The notes: a model not told the origin generated them from the letters alone. Positions 1 to 9,320 are shown, numbered from the stretch's first letter. The stretch: DNA of 64,000 nucleotides from Chthoniobacteraceae bacterium (GCA_044347165.1 JBIIXW010000268.1:15965-79964), one strand, 5' to 3'. Translations and numbers: made by a program.

Positions 1-90
1 GCGAAGCCGAAGAACTTCCGCATCAAGCTAGACATGAGCGTCTGCAAGAAGTGCGACAACCCGGAATACGCCTGCACCTGCGACGAGTAA
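1..90 (+). CDS. 3' end of a gene truncated by the window; C-terminal Cys motif paralogous to the 8779-9276 protein
   Basis: Frame 1 reads ...KNFRIKLDMSVCKKCDNPEYACTCDE*. This aligns with EKFNLNLEKCPTCKYQEYACICAH near the C-terminus of the 8779-9276 product. Confidence 0.5.
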   Translation, partial: AKPKNFRIKLDMSVCKKCDNPEYACTCDE

Positions 91-129
91 CTTCCCATCG
101 AAAAAACCAAACAAACCAGAACCAAACAA

Positions 130-398
130 ATGAAAGCATCCGATCCCTCAATCCTTCGGACAAGCACCTTGGGTCGTCTCCTCGGCATCACTGCCCTCGG
201 CGCGCTTGCGCTCGCCAGTATTGTCGGGCCGACCAGTGCGGAAGCCGCAGACCGCGGGCGGTGAACCCGCGGCCCGCATGCAACATTCCCAATTGCGTCG
301 AAGTGCGTTGGTCGGCCAATGGCAAGGGCGGGCCGATTGTTATTCAGTGCAAGCAAGGTGAGCCGTGCCATCCGCAATGTAGCCATCGTTGCGCCTGA
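130..398 (+). CDS. Small secreted Cys-rich protein whose reading frame is split at 261-264 (signal-peptide ORF 130-264, Cys-rich ORF GTG261-398)
   Basis: ATG130 gives MKASDPSILRTSTLGRLLGITALGALALASIVGPTSAEAADRGR*. A frame-shifted continuation from GTG261 gives VNPRPACNIPNCVEVRWSANGKGGPIVIQCKQGEPCHPQCSHRCA*. The stop and start overlap as GTGA. A C/A-rich leader at 91-129 resembles those of other secreted genes here. Confidence 0.35.
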
Positions 399-415
399 GG
401 CGGAAAGCCGTCTTT

Positions 416-445
416 CACCCGGCGCGTTCCATTCGCGCCGGGGTG
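416..445 (+). terminator. GC-rich hairpin downstream of the small Cys-rich ORF
   Basis: cacccggcgc-gttccattc-gcgccggggtg forms a 10-bp stem with a 1-nt bulge. No clear T-tract follows. Confidence 0.3.
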
Positions 446-492
446 CAACGGCAACGGCCCGGCTAGAGCAAACGTGAGCCGAGCACGAGACC

Positions 493-1806
493 ATGAGCGA
501 AAGCACCGAGATCACACAGCAGCGCGATCGGCTGGCCGAGATCGTGGGGCATGCCCGCGCTCACTCGCCCTTTTACCGGGAACTTTATCGCGAGCTTCCG
601 GAACGAGTCGAAGACCCGACGCTGCTGCCAGCCACCACGAAAAAGGAACTCATGGCGCGGTTCGACGATTGGGTGACTGACCGCGAGGTCACGCTCGAAA
701 ATGTGCGCGCTTTCATCGAAAAGCCCGAGCTGATCGGCGAGCGCTTCCTCGGCAAATACCTGGTCGCCACGACGGCCGGCACGACGGGGACGCCCGGGAT
801 TTTCGTGATCGATGACGCACACAGCAAAACGGGAATGGCCGCGATGAGGGAGGCGTTTGGAAAATGGCTCACCTTCGCGGATTTCGTCAAAGTCGTCGTC
901 CGCGGCGCGCGCATTGCGGCGCTGCACGCCACCGGCGGCCATTTCGTTTCTGTCGGCACTGTCACTTCGATGCGCCGCTCCAGCCGGCTCGCCACCAAGA
1001 TAGTCCGGGACTTCTCGGTGCACACGCCGATACCGGAACTGGTTGCCGAGTTGAACCGCTTTCGCCCGGCGCTCGTGACTGGCTACGCCACGGTCGTTTC
1101 CCTGCTCGCTACCGAAGCCGAAGCCGGCCGTCTGCGGATCAACCCGGTCCTGCTGGTCGTGACGGCAGAGGGGCTACCAGAGGACGAGTATGGCCGCATC
1201 GCCAGGGCATTCGGCGCCAAAATCGGCAACGTCTGGGGCTCCACCGAGATCGCTGGCCCTGCCTATAGTTGCGCCGAAGGATGGCTGCACGTCGTGAATG
1301 ATTGGGTCGTGATCGAGCCGGTCGATGCCGAATACCGGCCGACGCCGCCCGGCGAGCAATCACACACCGTCCTCGTGACAAATCTCGCCAACCGGGTGCA
1401 ACCGATCCTCCGCTACGACCTCGGCGACAGCATCCTGACGCGGCCCGATCCCTGTACGTGCGGGAATGCGCGGCCTGCAATCCGCGTGCAAGGCCGCACT
1501 GGCGACGTGCTCACCTTTTCAACCGCGAGCGGCGAGCGAGTCTCGATTCCGCCGCTGGCGCTGGAGCTCGACGAAATCGCAGGCGTCGAACTCTTTCAGA
1601 TCGAGCAGACCCCACCGGCAAAACTGCGCATCCGGTTGCGCCTCGCCCCTGAAACGGATGCGGAACGCGCGTGGAAATTGGCGCTAGATGCGACCGCCCG
1701 GCTGCTTGCCGAACACAAACTCGATCATATCACCGTTGAGCGCGCCGACCAACCGCCGGAGCAATCCCGGGGCGGCAAATATCGCACGGTCATTCCGCTG
1801 AAATGA
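493..1806 (+). CDS. Phenylacetate-CoA ligase / coenzyme F390 synthetase-like adenylate-forming enzyme (COG1541-type)
   Basis: 437 aa. Carries the AMP-binding-like motifs 'TAGTTGTPG', 'RYDLGD', 'GRTGDVL' and a C-terminal 'GGKYRTVI' lysine motif. Confidence 0.7.
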   Translation: MSESTEITQQRDRLAEIVGHARAHSPFYRELYRELPERVEDPTLLPATTKKELMARFDDWVTDREVTLENVRAFIEKPELIGERFLGKYLVATTAGTTGTPGIFVIDDAHSKTGMAAMREAFGKWLTFADFVKVVVRGARIAALHATGGHFVSVGTVTSMRRSSRLATKIVRDFSVHTPIPELVAELNRFRPALVTGYATVVSLLATEAEAGRLRINPVLLVVTAEGLPEDEYGRIARAFGAKIGNVWGSTEIAGPAYSCAEGWLHVVNDWVVIEPVDAEYRPTPPGEQSHTVLVTNLANRVQPILRYDLGDSILTRPDPCTCGNARPAIRVQGRTGDVLTFSTASGERVSIPPLALELDEIAGVELFQIEQTPPAKLRIRLRLAPETDAERAWKLALDATARLLAEHKLDHITVERADQPPEQSRGGKYRTVIPLK

Positions 1807-1855
1807 ACCAATCATCAACCAACCGATCTGCTCCTGCGGGCGTTCCCTTTTGGCT

Positions 1856-2530
1856 ATGAGTGATATCAAAGAGCGGGAAAGCTGCGGCTGTCACGCCGAC
1901 GAAGAGAGAGCGGCACATGATCCGGCCTACCGGCGGGCGCTTTGGATCGTCGTCATTCTCAATCTCGGCTTCGGTGTCATCGAAATCGTCGGCGGCTTCA
2001 TAGCAAACAGCCAGGCGCTCAAGGCTGACGCTCTGGATTTCCTCGGGGACGGCTCGATCACTCTCGTTGGATTACTTGCACTCGGCTGGGCCGAGCGCAC
2101 GCGCGCTCGGGTCGCATTGACGCAAGGTTGCTTCCTGGCGGCGCTAGGTGTGGGCGTTATCGGCATGGCCGTGTGGCGTGCGCTGAACGCCATCCCGCCA
2201 GAGGCCGAGATCATGGGCGGCTTGGGAATTGCCGGACTTGCCGTCAATGTCAGTGCCGCGCTCGCCCTTGTGCGCTTCCGCGAACGCGGTGATGCGAATG
2301 CCCGCGCCATCTGGCTCTTCAGCCGCAACGATGCCCTTGCCAACGTCGCAGTAATCATCGCCGCCATCCTTGTGGCTTGGCTCAAGAGCGCGTGGCCCGA
2401 TCTGATCGTCGCCGCAATCATCGCCGCCTTATTCCTACACTCAGCTTGGGAGATCATTCGCGACTCCGTTGCTGAGCTTCATGAGCGCAAACTGTCGCAG
2501 CTGAATAAGTCAACGCTTGAACAACTCTAG
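1856..2530 (+). CDS. Cation diffusion facilitator (CDF) family transporter, short form (transmembrane domain only)
   Basis: About 224 aa from ATG1856 (the ORF track starts at TTG1850). Has an N-terminal 'CGCHADEE', six hydrophobic segments, and 'KADALDFLGDG' and 'SRNDALANV' motifs in the positions of the CDF TM2/TM5 metal sites. No C-terminal cytoplasmic domain. Confidence 0.7.
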   Translation: MSDIKERESCGCHADEERAAHDPAYRRALWIVVILNLGFGVIEIVGGFIANSQALKADALDFLGDGSITLVGLLALGWAERTRARVALTQGCFLAALGVGVIGMAVWRALNAIPPEAEIMGGLGIAGLAVNVSAALALVRFRERGDANARAIWLFSRNDALANVAVIIAAILVAWLKSAWPDLIVAAIIAALFLHSAWEIIRDSVAELHERKLSQLNKSTLEQL

Positions 2531-2546
2531 AATCTGGAGAATCTAA
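2519..2546 (+). promoter_or_regulatory. Candidate ECF-type promoter (GAACAA-N17-TCTAA) just upstream of GTG2554
   Basis: GAACAA lies at 2519-2524 and TCTAA at 2542-2546. A similar GAACTT-N15-TCAAA lies upstream of the paralogous gene at 18728. Confidence 0.2.
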
Positions 2547-2553
2547 GCACCGA

Positions 2554-2991
2554 GTGAAACCGCGTTCCGCTACTCATATCTTCGCCATCGCGCTGTGCGT
2601 GCTCGCACTGTTCGTGGCGCAGACTCTGGGCAGCCGGGCCGGCTATGTCTGCTTGTGTGGTGGCAAGCCGGTGCCGACGCAGACTTCGCACTGCCACGGG
2701 CCGCATGGCGCGAATTGCCACGCGGACGATGCGCGGTCAGGGGCGCCGCATGACGAGGATGATTCAGGACCGCGTGAGGATCATCAGGTGGTCAGCCAGG
2801 ATGTGCAGTCGCGTCCCATCGAGGCGTCGCCGCAGATCATCGCACCGCAAGTTGTGCTCGCGATCCTGCCGGTTGTGCAGGTGCTTCTCGCCGGTTCGGA
2901 AACGAAGGTTCCGGCCGGTGCTTCCGTCGATTTTGGGGATTCGCCGCCGTTCGGAGTCACGGTGGCCCGCACGATCGTTCTTCTGATCTGA
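2554..2991 (+). CDS. Uncharacterised Cys/His-rich membrane protein preceding RND operon 1
   Basis: GTG start, 145 aa. Has an N-terminal hydrophobic segment, the cluster 'YVCLCGG...SHCHGPHGANCH', and a second hydrophobic stretch 'QVVLAILPVVQVLLAG'. Its layout resembles the 18728-19159 product. Confidence 0.5.
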   Translation: MKPRSATHIFAIALCVLALFVAQTLGSRAGYVCLCGGKPVPTQTSHCHGPHGANCHADDARSGAPHDEDDSGPREDHQVVSQDVQSRPIEASPQIIAPQVVLAILPVVQVLLAGSETKVPAGASVDFGDSPPFGVTVARTIVLLI

Positions 2992-3098
2992 GTCGTGGTT
3001 TGGTGACGGCATTCGCCGTTGCCAGTCGTCTGTCCGCACCGTGCACCTGCTCGCGCCTGCGCGGGCTCTGTCCGTCACGTCACCCAACCCATGCACTC

Positions 3099-4340
3099 AT
3101 GTCTTTTTCCAAATCCATTTTTTTCTTCTTCGCCTGCGCGGCCTCCGCGTGGGCCGGCAGTGTCTCGCTCAGTGTCGAGGGCGCGGCCGATTACGCGCTA
3201 AAGCAGAACCCGACACTCGCCGCCGCGCGGCTCCGCATCGAGGAGGCGCGGGGGCGGCTCCAGCAGAGCGGTCGGCTCAGCAATCCCGAGCTGGAGAGCG
3301 GCTTCACCCGCAACACGATGGGCCGCGAAGGCTCATTCGAGATCGGATTTACGCAGCGCTTTCCACTGACCTCACGCTTGCGGCATGAGAAAGCCGTTTC
3401 GCGCGCCGAACTCGCTGCGGCAGAAGCGGAGGTGCGGGACGCGGAGCGAAAGCTCGCTGCCGAAGTCCGCGCCGCGGCGGTAAAGCTCCTTGCGCTCGGC
3501 GGGCAGCGCGAGTTGCGCGACAAGCAGCTCGCGAACAGCCGCGAACTCTCCGGCTTTCTCCTCAAGCGCGTCGAGACGGGCGAAGCCTCCGCCGTCGATG
3601 CCTCGCAGGTGGAACTCGAAACGCGGCAGATCGAAATCGAGAACCTGCAACTCGCCGCCGAGGAGGTGACGCTGCTCGGCGAACTACGCCCTTTGCTCGG
3701 CCTCGCGGGCGACGACCGCATCGCCATCACCGGCGCGCTGCCCATGCCCAAGTCCATCCCGGGTGGAGGCGGTGTCACCGGGCGCCCCGACATTCTCGCC
3801 GCACAATCCCGTGCCGAAGCCGCGCGCTCCGTGGTGCTTGAGCAGCGCGCGCGGCGGTGGGAGGACATCGGCGTCGGTGCCTCATACACCCGCGAGCGCG
3901 TCCTCGATGAACCGGAGCCCATCGAAACGGAGCAGGTCATCGGCTTTCGGTTCAGCCTTCCCCTTCCGATCTGGAACAACAACTCCGGGCGCATTCGAGA
4001 AGCGGAAGCAGCAGCCGCGCGGGCGGAGAAGGAAGTCGATGCGACGAAGCTCAACGCCAACGCGGAAGTCATCGCCGCGCTCAGCGCAATGAGCGCCTAC
4101 ATCAAGCTCGTCGCGGAACTCGACGATAAGGTGCTGCCTGCGGCCACGCGGATCGAGGAACAGCTCCGCAAGCACTACTCCGCCGGCCATGTCCCGCTCA
4201 CGGATGTGCTGCGCGCGCGCACCCGCCTCCTCGAACTCCAGCGGCAGCGCCTCGACGCGCTCCGCGACTACCAACTCGCCCGCATCCGGCACGCCGCCGC
4301 GACCGGCCAATCCAACCCTTCCATCAAAAGCTCGAAATAA
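3099..4340 (+). CDS. TolC/CzcC-family outer-membrane efflux protein (RND system 1)
   Basis: Likely start is ATG3099 (MSFSKSIFFFFACAASAWA signal). Shows the two-repeat OEP pattern 'NPTLAAARLRIEEARG...' and 'PDILAAQSRAEAA'. Its stop overlaps the next start (TAATG at 4338-4342). Confidence 0.8.
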   Translation: MSFSKSIFFFFACAASAWAGSVSLSVEGAADYALKQNPTLAAARLRIEEARGRLQQSGRLSNPELESGFTRNTMGREGSFEIGFTQRFPLTSRLRHEKAVSRAELAAAEAEVRDAERKLAAEVRAAAVKLLALGGQRELRDKQLANSRELSGFLLKRVETGEASAVDASQVELETRQIEIENLQLAAEEVTLLGELRPLLGLAGDDRIAITGALPMPKSIPGGGGVTGRPDILAAQSRAEAARSVVLEQRARRWEDIGVGASYTRERVLDEPEPIETEQVIGFRFSLPLPIWNNNSGRIREAEAAAARAEKEVDATKLNANAEVIAALSAMSAYIKLVAELDDKVLPAATRIEEQLRKHYSAGHVPLTDVLRARTRLLELQRQRLDALRDYQLARIRHAAATGQSNPSIKSSK

Positions 4341-5518
4341 TGAAACGCATCTTCATCACGCTGGCCCTCTGCACCGCTGCCAGCTTCGGCTTCGCCGCCG
4401 AAAAAGTGGATTCCAAACGCATGGCTAACACGGTCGTGCTCGACGAAACAGGAGTGAAAAATCTCCGTATCGAAACCGTCGAGGTCGAGGAAACTGACTT
4501 CGAAGAAATCATCTTTGCTCTCGGCCGCATCGAAGCGATTCCCAGCAAAATCGCGGCGGTGAGCAGCCGCGTGCCAGGCCGCATCATGGAGTTGAAAGCG
4601 ATCCCCGGCGACCAGGTGCAGGCGGGCCAGGACGTGGCGCGGCTGGAGAGCCGCCAGCCGGGCGATCCGCCGCCGAGCATCCTGCTGAAAGCACCCATTG
4701 CCGGGCTGGTGACGAAAGTCGATGCGCGGCTTGGCGATCCGCTCGAGCCGGACAAGGCGTTGCTGGAAATCACCGACCTCTCCGAGGTCTATGCCGTCGC
4801 GCGCGTGCCGGAACACCAGGCCGGCAGCATGAAAGCGGGCACCGTCGCACACATCAAAGTCGCGGCACTGCCGAATGAAAACTTCGATGGCGAACTGCTG
4901 CGCTTTGGCACCTCGGCGGACAAGCAGAGCGGCACCATCGACGCCATCTTCCGGCTGCCAAACAAGGGCGGGTTGCTGCGGGCTGACATGCGCGCGGAGT
5001 TTTCCATCGTGCTCAGCAAACGTTCCGGCGTGGTCAGCGTGCCGCGCGGGGCGCTGCAAGGCGAAGCGGCGAACCGTTTCGTCTACGTCGAAGACTTCGA
5101 TTTGAAGAATGCCTTCGTAAAAACGCAGGTGCAGGTCGGGCAGATGAATGACCGCTTTGTGGAAATCATGAGCGGCTTGCTGCCGGGCGACAAAGTGGTG
5201 ACGCGCGGCGCGTATTCGCTGGCCTTCGCGGGAGGCGGCAGTATCTCGCTCAAGGAGGCGCTCGACGCCGCGCACGGCCATGAGCACGCGGCGGATGGCT
5301 CGGAACTCAAGCCCGAGGACGCGGCGAAAGCCAAGGCCGGTGGCGACGGCCACGCGCACGGTCCAGACGAGGCGAAGCACTTCAGTCCGCTTTGGAAGAT
5401 CGTGAGCGGGGTTCTTTTTGTCCTACTCCTAGTCTCGCTGCTCACGAGGCGTGGCGGAGCCGTGCCGCCGAAAGCCGCCTCGAGCCAGCCCGCAGCCAAA
5501 GCAGAGGAGGCACGGTAA
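4340..5518 (+). CDS. RND efflux periplasmic adaptor (CzcB/CusB-like) with a His-rich tail and a C-terminal hydrophobic segment
   Basis: 392 aa. Has a signal peptide and a lipoyl/beta-barrel adaptor pattern ('VSSRVPGRIMELKAIPGDQVQAGQDVARL'). The tail reads 'AAHGHEHAADG...GDGHAHGPDE' followed by 'LWKIVSGVLFVLLLVSLL'. TAATG overlap with the RND gene. Confidence 0.8.
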   Translation: MKRIFITLALCTAASFGFAAEKVDSKRMANTVVLDETGVKNLRIETVEVEETDFEEIIFALGRIEAIPSKIAAVSSRVPGRIMELKAIPGDQVQAGQDVARLESRQPGDPPPSILLKAPIAGLVTKVDARLGDPLEPDKALLEITDLSEVYAVARVPEHQAGSMKAGTVAHIKVAALPNENFDGELLRFGTSADKQSGTIDAIFRLPNKGGLLRADMRAEFSIVLSKRSGVVSVPRGALQGEAANRFVYVEDFDLKNAFVKTQVQVGQMNDRFVEIMSGLLPGDKVVTRGAYSLAFAGGGSISLKEALDAAHGHEHAADGSELKPEDAAKAKAGGDGHAHGPDEAKHFSPLWKIVSGVLFVLLLVSLLTRRGGAVPPKAASSQPAAKAEEAR

Positions 5519-8500
5519 TGCTCAACAAGATGATCCATTGGTCGCTCGCGAACCGGGCGATCATCATCGGCATTTCGCTGATCCTCATGGTCACGGGGTT
5601 GCAGACGACCATGCAGTTGCCGGTCGAAGTGCTGCCCGACCTGACCAAGCCCACCGTCATTATCCTCACCGAAGCGCCGGGTCTCGCGCCGGAGGAAGTG
5701 GAAACGCGCGTCACGCAACCCATCGAAAGCGCGCTCATGGGCGTTGCCGGATTGACGCGGCTGCGCTCGAATTCCGACGTCGCGCTGTCGCTCGTCTATG
5801 CCGAGTTCGGCTGGGACACCGACATCTACAAGGCGCGCATGCTCGTGCAGGAGCGGATGCAAGGCGTGCGCGAGCAGTTGCCCGAAGGTGTGCAGCCGTT
5901 CATGACGCCAGTCGCGTCGCTCATGGGCGAAATCCTCCTCGTCGGCGTGCGCTCGACGATCAAGGAAGGCGAGCCGGGTTACATCCATCCGCGCGACGTC
6001 CGTTCGCTGGCCGACTGGACGATCAAACGCCGCCTGCAAAGCATCTCCGGGATCGCGGAAATCCTGAACATGGGAGGCGGCGTAAAGCAGATCGAGATTC
6101 AGCCCGATCCGTTTCGGATGCAGGCGAACGACGTGGGCTTCGATGAACTGGAGAATGCTGCGGAAGACGCGGCGAACACCACGACGGGCGGTTTCATCAA
6201 TACCGGCCCAACGGAAATCATGGTGCGGAATCTCGCGATGACGACGCAGCTTGAGGACATCGCGCGAACGGTCATCAAGAAGGTCAACGACCGGCCCATC
6301 CTCATCTCCGACGTGGCGAAAGTGGCCTGGGGGATCGAGCCGATGCGCGGCGACGCCACGGTTAGCCAGAACCCGGAGAAATCGCCGACCTACGGGGTCA
6401 TCATGTCGATCACGAAAGCGCCGGGCTTCGACACGCGCGCGCTGACCGAGCAGATCAACCAGGCGCTCGAAGAGCTGAAGACGACCTATCCGAAAGGCGT
6501 CGAGACCACGCTGCTCTTCCAGCAGAAGGACTTCATCGATCACGCCATCGGCAACCTGCAGGAAGCCATTCGCGACGGCGCAATCATGGTGACGATCGTG
6601 ATCTTCCTCTTCCTGCTGAACTTCCGCACGACGTTCATCACGCTCATGGCGATGCCGCTTTCGTTCGCCATCACGATGCTCACGTTTAAGTCGTTCGGCA
6701 TCTCGGTAAATTCGATGACCCTGGGCGGGCTCGCCGTCGCCATCGGCATGGTCGTCGACGATGCCATCGTGGACGTCGAGAATGTGTTCCGGCGCTTGCG
6801 CGAGAACGCGATGCTTCCGCATCCGCGCCCGAAGCTGCACGTCATCGCCGCAGCTTCCGGTGAAGTGCGGAATTCGATCCTCTACGCGACGATCCTGATT
6901 ATTCTCGTCTTTCTGCCGCTGCTCGGCTTGAGCGGCGTCGAAGGCAAGCTCTTCGCGCCCATCGCGGTCGCCACGATCATTTCGATGATCGCGTCGTTCG
7001 TCGTGTCGCTCACCGCGATTCCGGTGCTGTGCTCGATCTTGCTGACCCCCAAGCACGGCGGCGAACACAAGGACGGGCGGCTCGTGCGCGGAATGAAGTG
7101 GCTGCTCGAAAACACACTCCTGCGCTTTGGGTTGAGCCAGCCGTATTTGCTCCTCGCCCTCGTGCTCATGCTCGTGGCAGGCGGGTTCGCGCTCTATCCG
7201 CGGATGAGCAAGGACTTCCTTCCCGCCTTTAAGGAGGAGACGGCGCTCGTCGCAGCGACGGCTGCTCCGGGCACTTCCCTCGAAGAGATGAACAAGATCT
7301 CCGATGTGATCGAGCAGCAGATTCTCTCCGTGCCAGAGGTGCGGAAAGTCGGGCGGCGGCTGGGGCGTGCCGAGCGCGGCGACCACGTCGTGCCCGTCTC
7401 CACGGCGGAGTTCGACGTGGATTTCCGCGAAGCGCGTCACGGTCACCTTGAGGGACAAAAGCGCACGCGAAAACAAATCATCGACGACATCAACCAGCGC
7501 ATCCGCTCGGTGCCCGGCGTCTTCGCGGTCGTGAGCGGTCCGCTCGCCGACCGCATCGGCCACATGCTCAGCGGCGTATCCGCGCCCGTGGCGATCAAAA
7601 TCTTCGGCCCCGACCTCGACAAGCTGCGGCAGCTCGGGATCGAAGTGCAAGGCATCGCGAAGACCATTCCCGGCTTCGAGGACGCCAAGCTCGACCAGCA
7701 ATCGAGCATCCCGCAGCTCCGCATCGAGGCTGACCGCGATCGGGCCGCTGCTTATGGCATCGCGCCTGGCCATCTCAACGAACAGCTTTCCGCGCTCATC
7801 GGCGGCAAGGACGTCGCCGAGCTGCGCGAAGGCCAGCGCGCGGTGAACCTCGTCACGCGGCTGCCGATCGAGTGGCGCGATTCGCCGGACAAAATCGCGC
7901 AGCTTCCCGTCGAGACGACGACCGGCCAGCGCATCCCGCTCTCATTGGTCGCCGATGTGCGCGAGGCCAAGGGGCCGAATGTCATCTTCCGGGAAAATAG
8001 CCAGCGCCGGTTCACCATCGCGATCAAGCCGACGGTGCGGGACGTGGGCGCGCTCGTCCAGCGGCTGCAAAAGGAAGTTACCGGGAAGGTCAAGCTGCCC
8101 GAGGGCTACTTCATCACCTACGAAGGCGAATTTCAGGCGCAGAAGGAAGCCACGCAGCGCATCCTCATCTTCTCCGCGCTCATCGTCATCGTCATCGGCT
8201 TCCTGCTTTACGGCTATTTCAAGACGCCGTTCTTCGCGATCCAGGTGCTCTGCGACATCCCGCTCGCGCTCGTCGGCGGACTCGTCTTCACCTACTTGAA
8301 GCTGGGCAACATCAGCATCGCCACGCTCGTCGGGTTTATCGCCGTGGCCGGCGTCGCCGCGCGCAATTCGATCATGCTGATCTCGCACTTCCTCCATCTC
8401 ATCGCGGTGGAAGGTGAGAGCTTCACCAAGGAAATGGTTATCCGCGGCACCAAGGAACGGCTCGTTCCAGTGCTCATGACCGCGCTCGCCGCGGGCATCG

Positions 8501-8691
8501 GCCTCATCCCGCTCGTCCTCGCCGCTGATCAGCCGGGCAAGGAAATTCTGCATCCCGTCGCCGTCGTCATCGTCGGCGGCCTCGTCACCAGCACCCTGCT
8601 CGGCCTCGGGGTCACGCCCACGGTCTTTTACACCTTCGGCCGCAAAGCCGCGCAAAACGCCGTCGAACGCGAAGCCGGAGCCGCTCACTGA
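5518..8691 (+). CDS. CusA/CzcA-family heavy-metal efflux RND transporter (system 1)
   Basis: 1057 aa from ATG5518 (MLNKMIHWSLANRAIIIG). Typical HME-RND layout. The TM4 region reads 'AIGMVVDDAIVDVEN'. Confidence 0.9.
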   Translation: MLNKMIHWSLANRAIIIGISLILMVTGLQTTMQLPVEVLPDLTKPTVIILTEAPGLAPEEVETRVTQPIESALMGVAGLTRLRSNSDVALSLVYAEFGWDTDIYKARMLVQERMQGVREQLPEGVQPFMTPVASLMGEILLVGVRSTIKEGEPGYIHPRDVRSLADWTIKRRLQSISGIAEILNMGGGVKQIEIQPDPFRMQANDVGFDELENAAEDAANTTTGGFINTGPTEIMVRNLAMTTQLEDIARTVIKKVNDRPILISDVAKVAWGIEPMRGDATVSQNPEKSPTYGVIMSITKAPGFDTRALTEQINQALEELKTTYPKGVETTLLFQQKDFIDHAIGNLQEAIRDGAIMVTIVIFLFLLNFRTTFITLMAMPLSFAITMLTFKSFGISVNSMTLGGLAVAIGMVVDDAIVDVENVFRRLRENAMLPHPRPKLHVIAAASGEVRNSILYATILIILVFLPLLGLSGVEGKLFAPIAVATIISMIASFVVSLTAIPVLCSILLTPKHGGEHKDGRLVRGMKWLLENTLLRFGLSQPYLLLALVLMLVAGGFALYPRMSKDFLPAFKEETALVAATAAPGTSLEEMNKISDVIEQQILSVPEVRKVGRRLGRAERGDHVVPVSTAEFDVDFREARHGHLEGQKRTRKQIIDDINQRIRSVPGVFAVVSGPLADRIGHMLSGVSAPVAIKIFGPDLDKLRQLGIEVQGIAKTIPGFEDAKLDQQSSIPQLRIEADRDRAAAYGIAPGHLNEQLSALIGGKDVAELREGQRAVNLVTRLPIEWRDSPDKIAQLPVETTTGQRIPLSLVADVREAKGPNVIFRENSQRRFTIAIKPTVRDVGALVQRLQKEVTGKVKLPEGYFITYEGEFQAQKEATQRILIFSALIVIVIGFLLYGYFKTPFFAIQVLCDIPLALVGGLVFTYLKLGNISIATLVGFIAVAGVAARNSIMLISHFLHLIAVEGESFTKEMVIRGTKERLVPVLMTALAAGIGLIPLVLAADQPGKEILHPVAVVIVGGLVTSTLLGLGVTPTVFYTFGRKAAQNAVEREAGAAH

Positions 8692-8778
8692 AACCACTCT
8701 CCGCCGCGGTGCCGGTTTGGACGCCGCAGCGGACCACCTTTTCCAAACCGCAAAAACAAACCTCAAACAACAAACCAC

Positions 8779-9276
8779 ATGAAATCCATCGCACTGAACC
8801 TCCTCACCGCGCTCGCGCTCGCCGTCCCGGTCTTCGCCGCGGAGAAAGACCACAAACACGACAAGAAAGACGCTGGCCCCAATGGCGGCCGCGTCATCAC
8901 CGCGGTCGAACCGCACCTTGAGTTCCTCGTCACGAAGGATCGCAAAGTCGAAATCACCGCACTGACCGAAGACCTGAAAGCCGCCAAGCTCAGCGGCCAG
9001 GTCATCGCCGTCACCGCTGGCGACCGCAGCAAGCCGACGAAGCTCGAATTCAAGGAGGACGGCGGCAAGCTCGTCTCCACGAACGCGCTCCCGGAAGGCA
9101 ACGACTTCCCAGTGTCCGTGAGCATCAAGGCGAACGCGAGCGGCAAGGCGACCTACGAGAAGTTCAACCTGAACCTCGAAAAGTGCCCGACCTGCAAATA
9201 CCAGGAATACGCCTGCATCTGCGCGCACGGCGACGACGACCACAAGGACCACAAGCACGACGAGAAGAAGAAGTAA
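8779..9276 (+). CDS. Secreted His/Cys-rich putative metal-binding protein
   Basis: 165 aa. Has a signal peptide, 'EKDHKHDKKDAGPNGGRVI', and a C-terminal 'CPTCKYQEYACICAHGDDDHKDHKHDEKKK'. A C/A-rich leader lies at 8741-8778. Confidence 0.65.
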   Translation: MKSIALNLLTALALAVPVFAAEKDHKHDKKDAGPNGGRVITAVEPHLEFLVTKDRKVEITALTEDLKAAKLSGQVIAVTAGDRSKPTKLEFKEDGGKLVSTNALPEGNDFPVSVSIKANASGKATYEKFNLNLEKCPTCKYQEYACICAHGDDDHKDHKHDEKKK

Positions 9277-9290
9277 CCGCCGCACCGAAT

Positions 9291-9320
9291 CGGGGAGCGG
9301 GCCATCGCACCCGCTCCCCG
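9291..9320 (+). terminator. Perfect 11-bp GC hairpin after the 8779-9276 gene
   Basis: cggggagcggg-ccatcgca-cccgctccccg. No T-tract follows. Confidence 0.4.

Noticed and set aside
51-398. The 115-aa ORF taken as a single gene.
   Set aside because: Its first 70 codons are an Arg-rich read-through that overlaps the stop of the upstream gene and the C/A-rich leader. Only the last 45 codons (from GTG261) look protein-like, and they pair with the signal-peptide ORF in another frame.
5083-7773. Very long antisense ORFs opposite the RND, adaptor and ATPase genes. Examples: 5083-7773 (896 aa), 19644-21737, 21957-24707 (916 aa), 35639-37540, 37943-39223, 41663-42709 and 45186-46580.
   Set aside because: They are typical high-GC shadow ORFs. 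Their translations are Arg/His/Asp/Gly-rich low-complexity strings with no recognisable motifs. The sense-strand genes carry unmistakable RND and P-type ATPase signatures along their full length.
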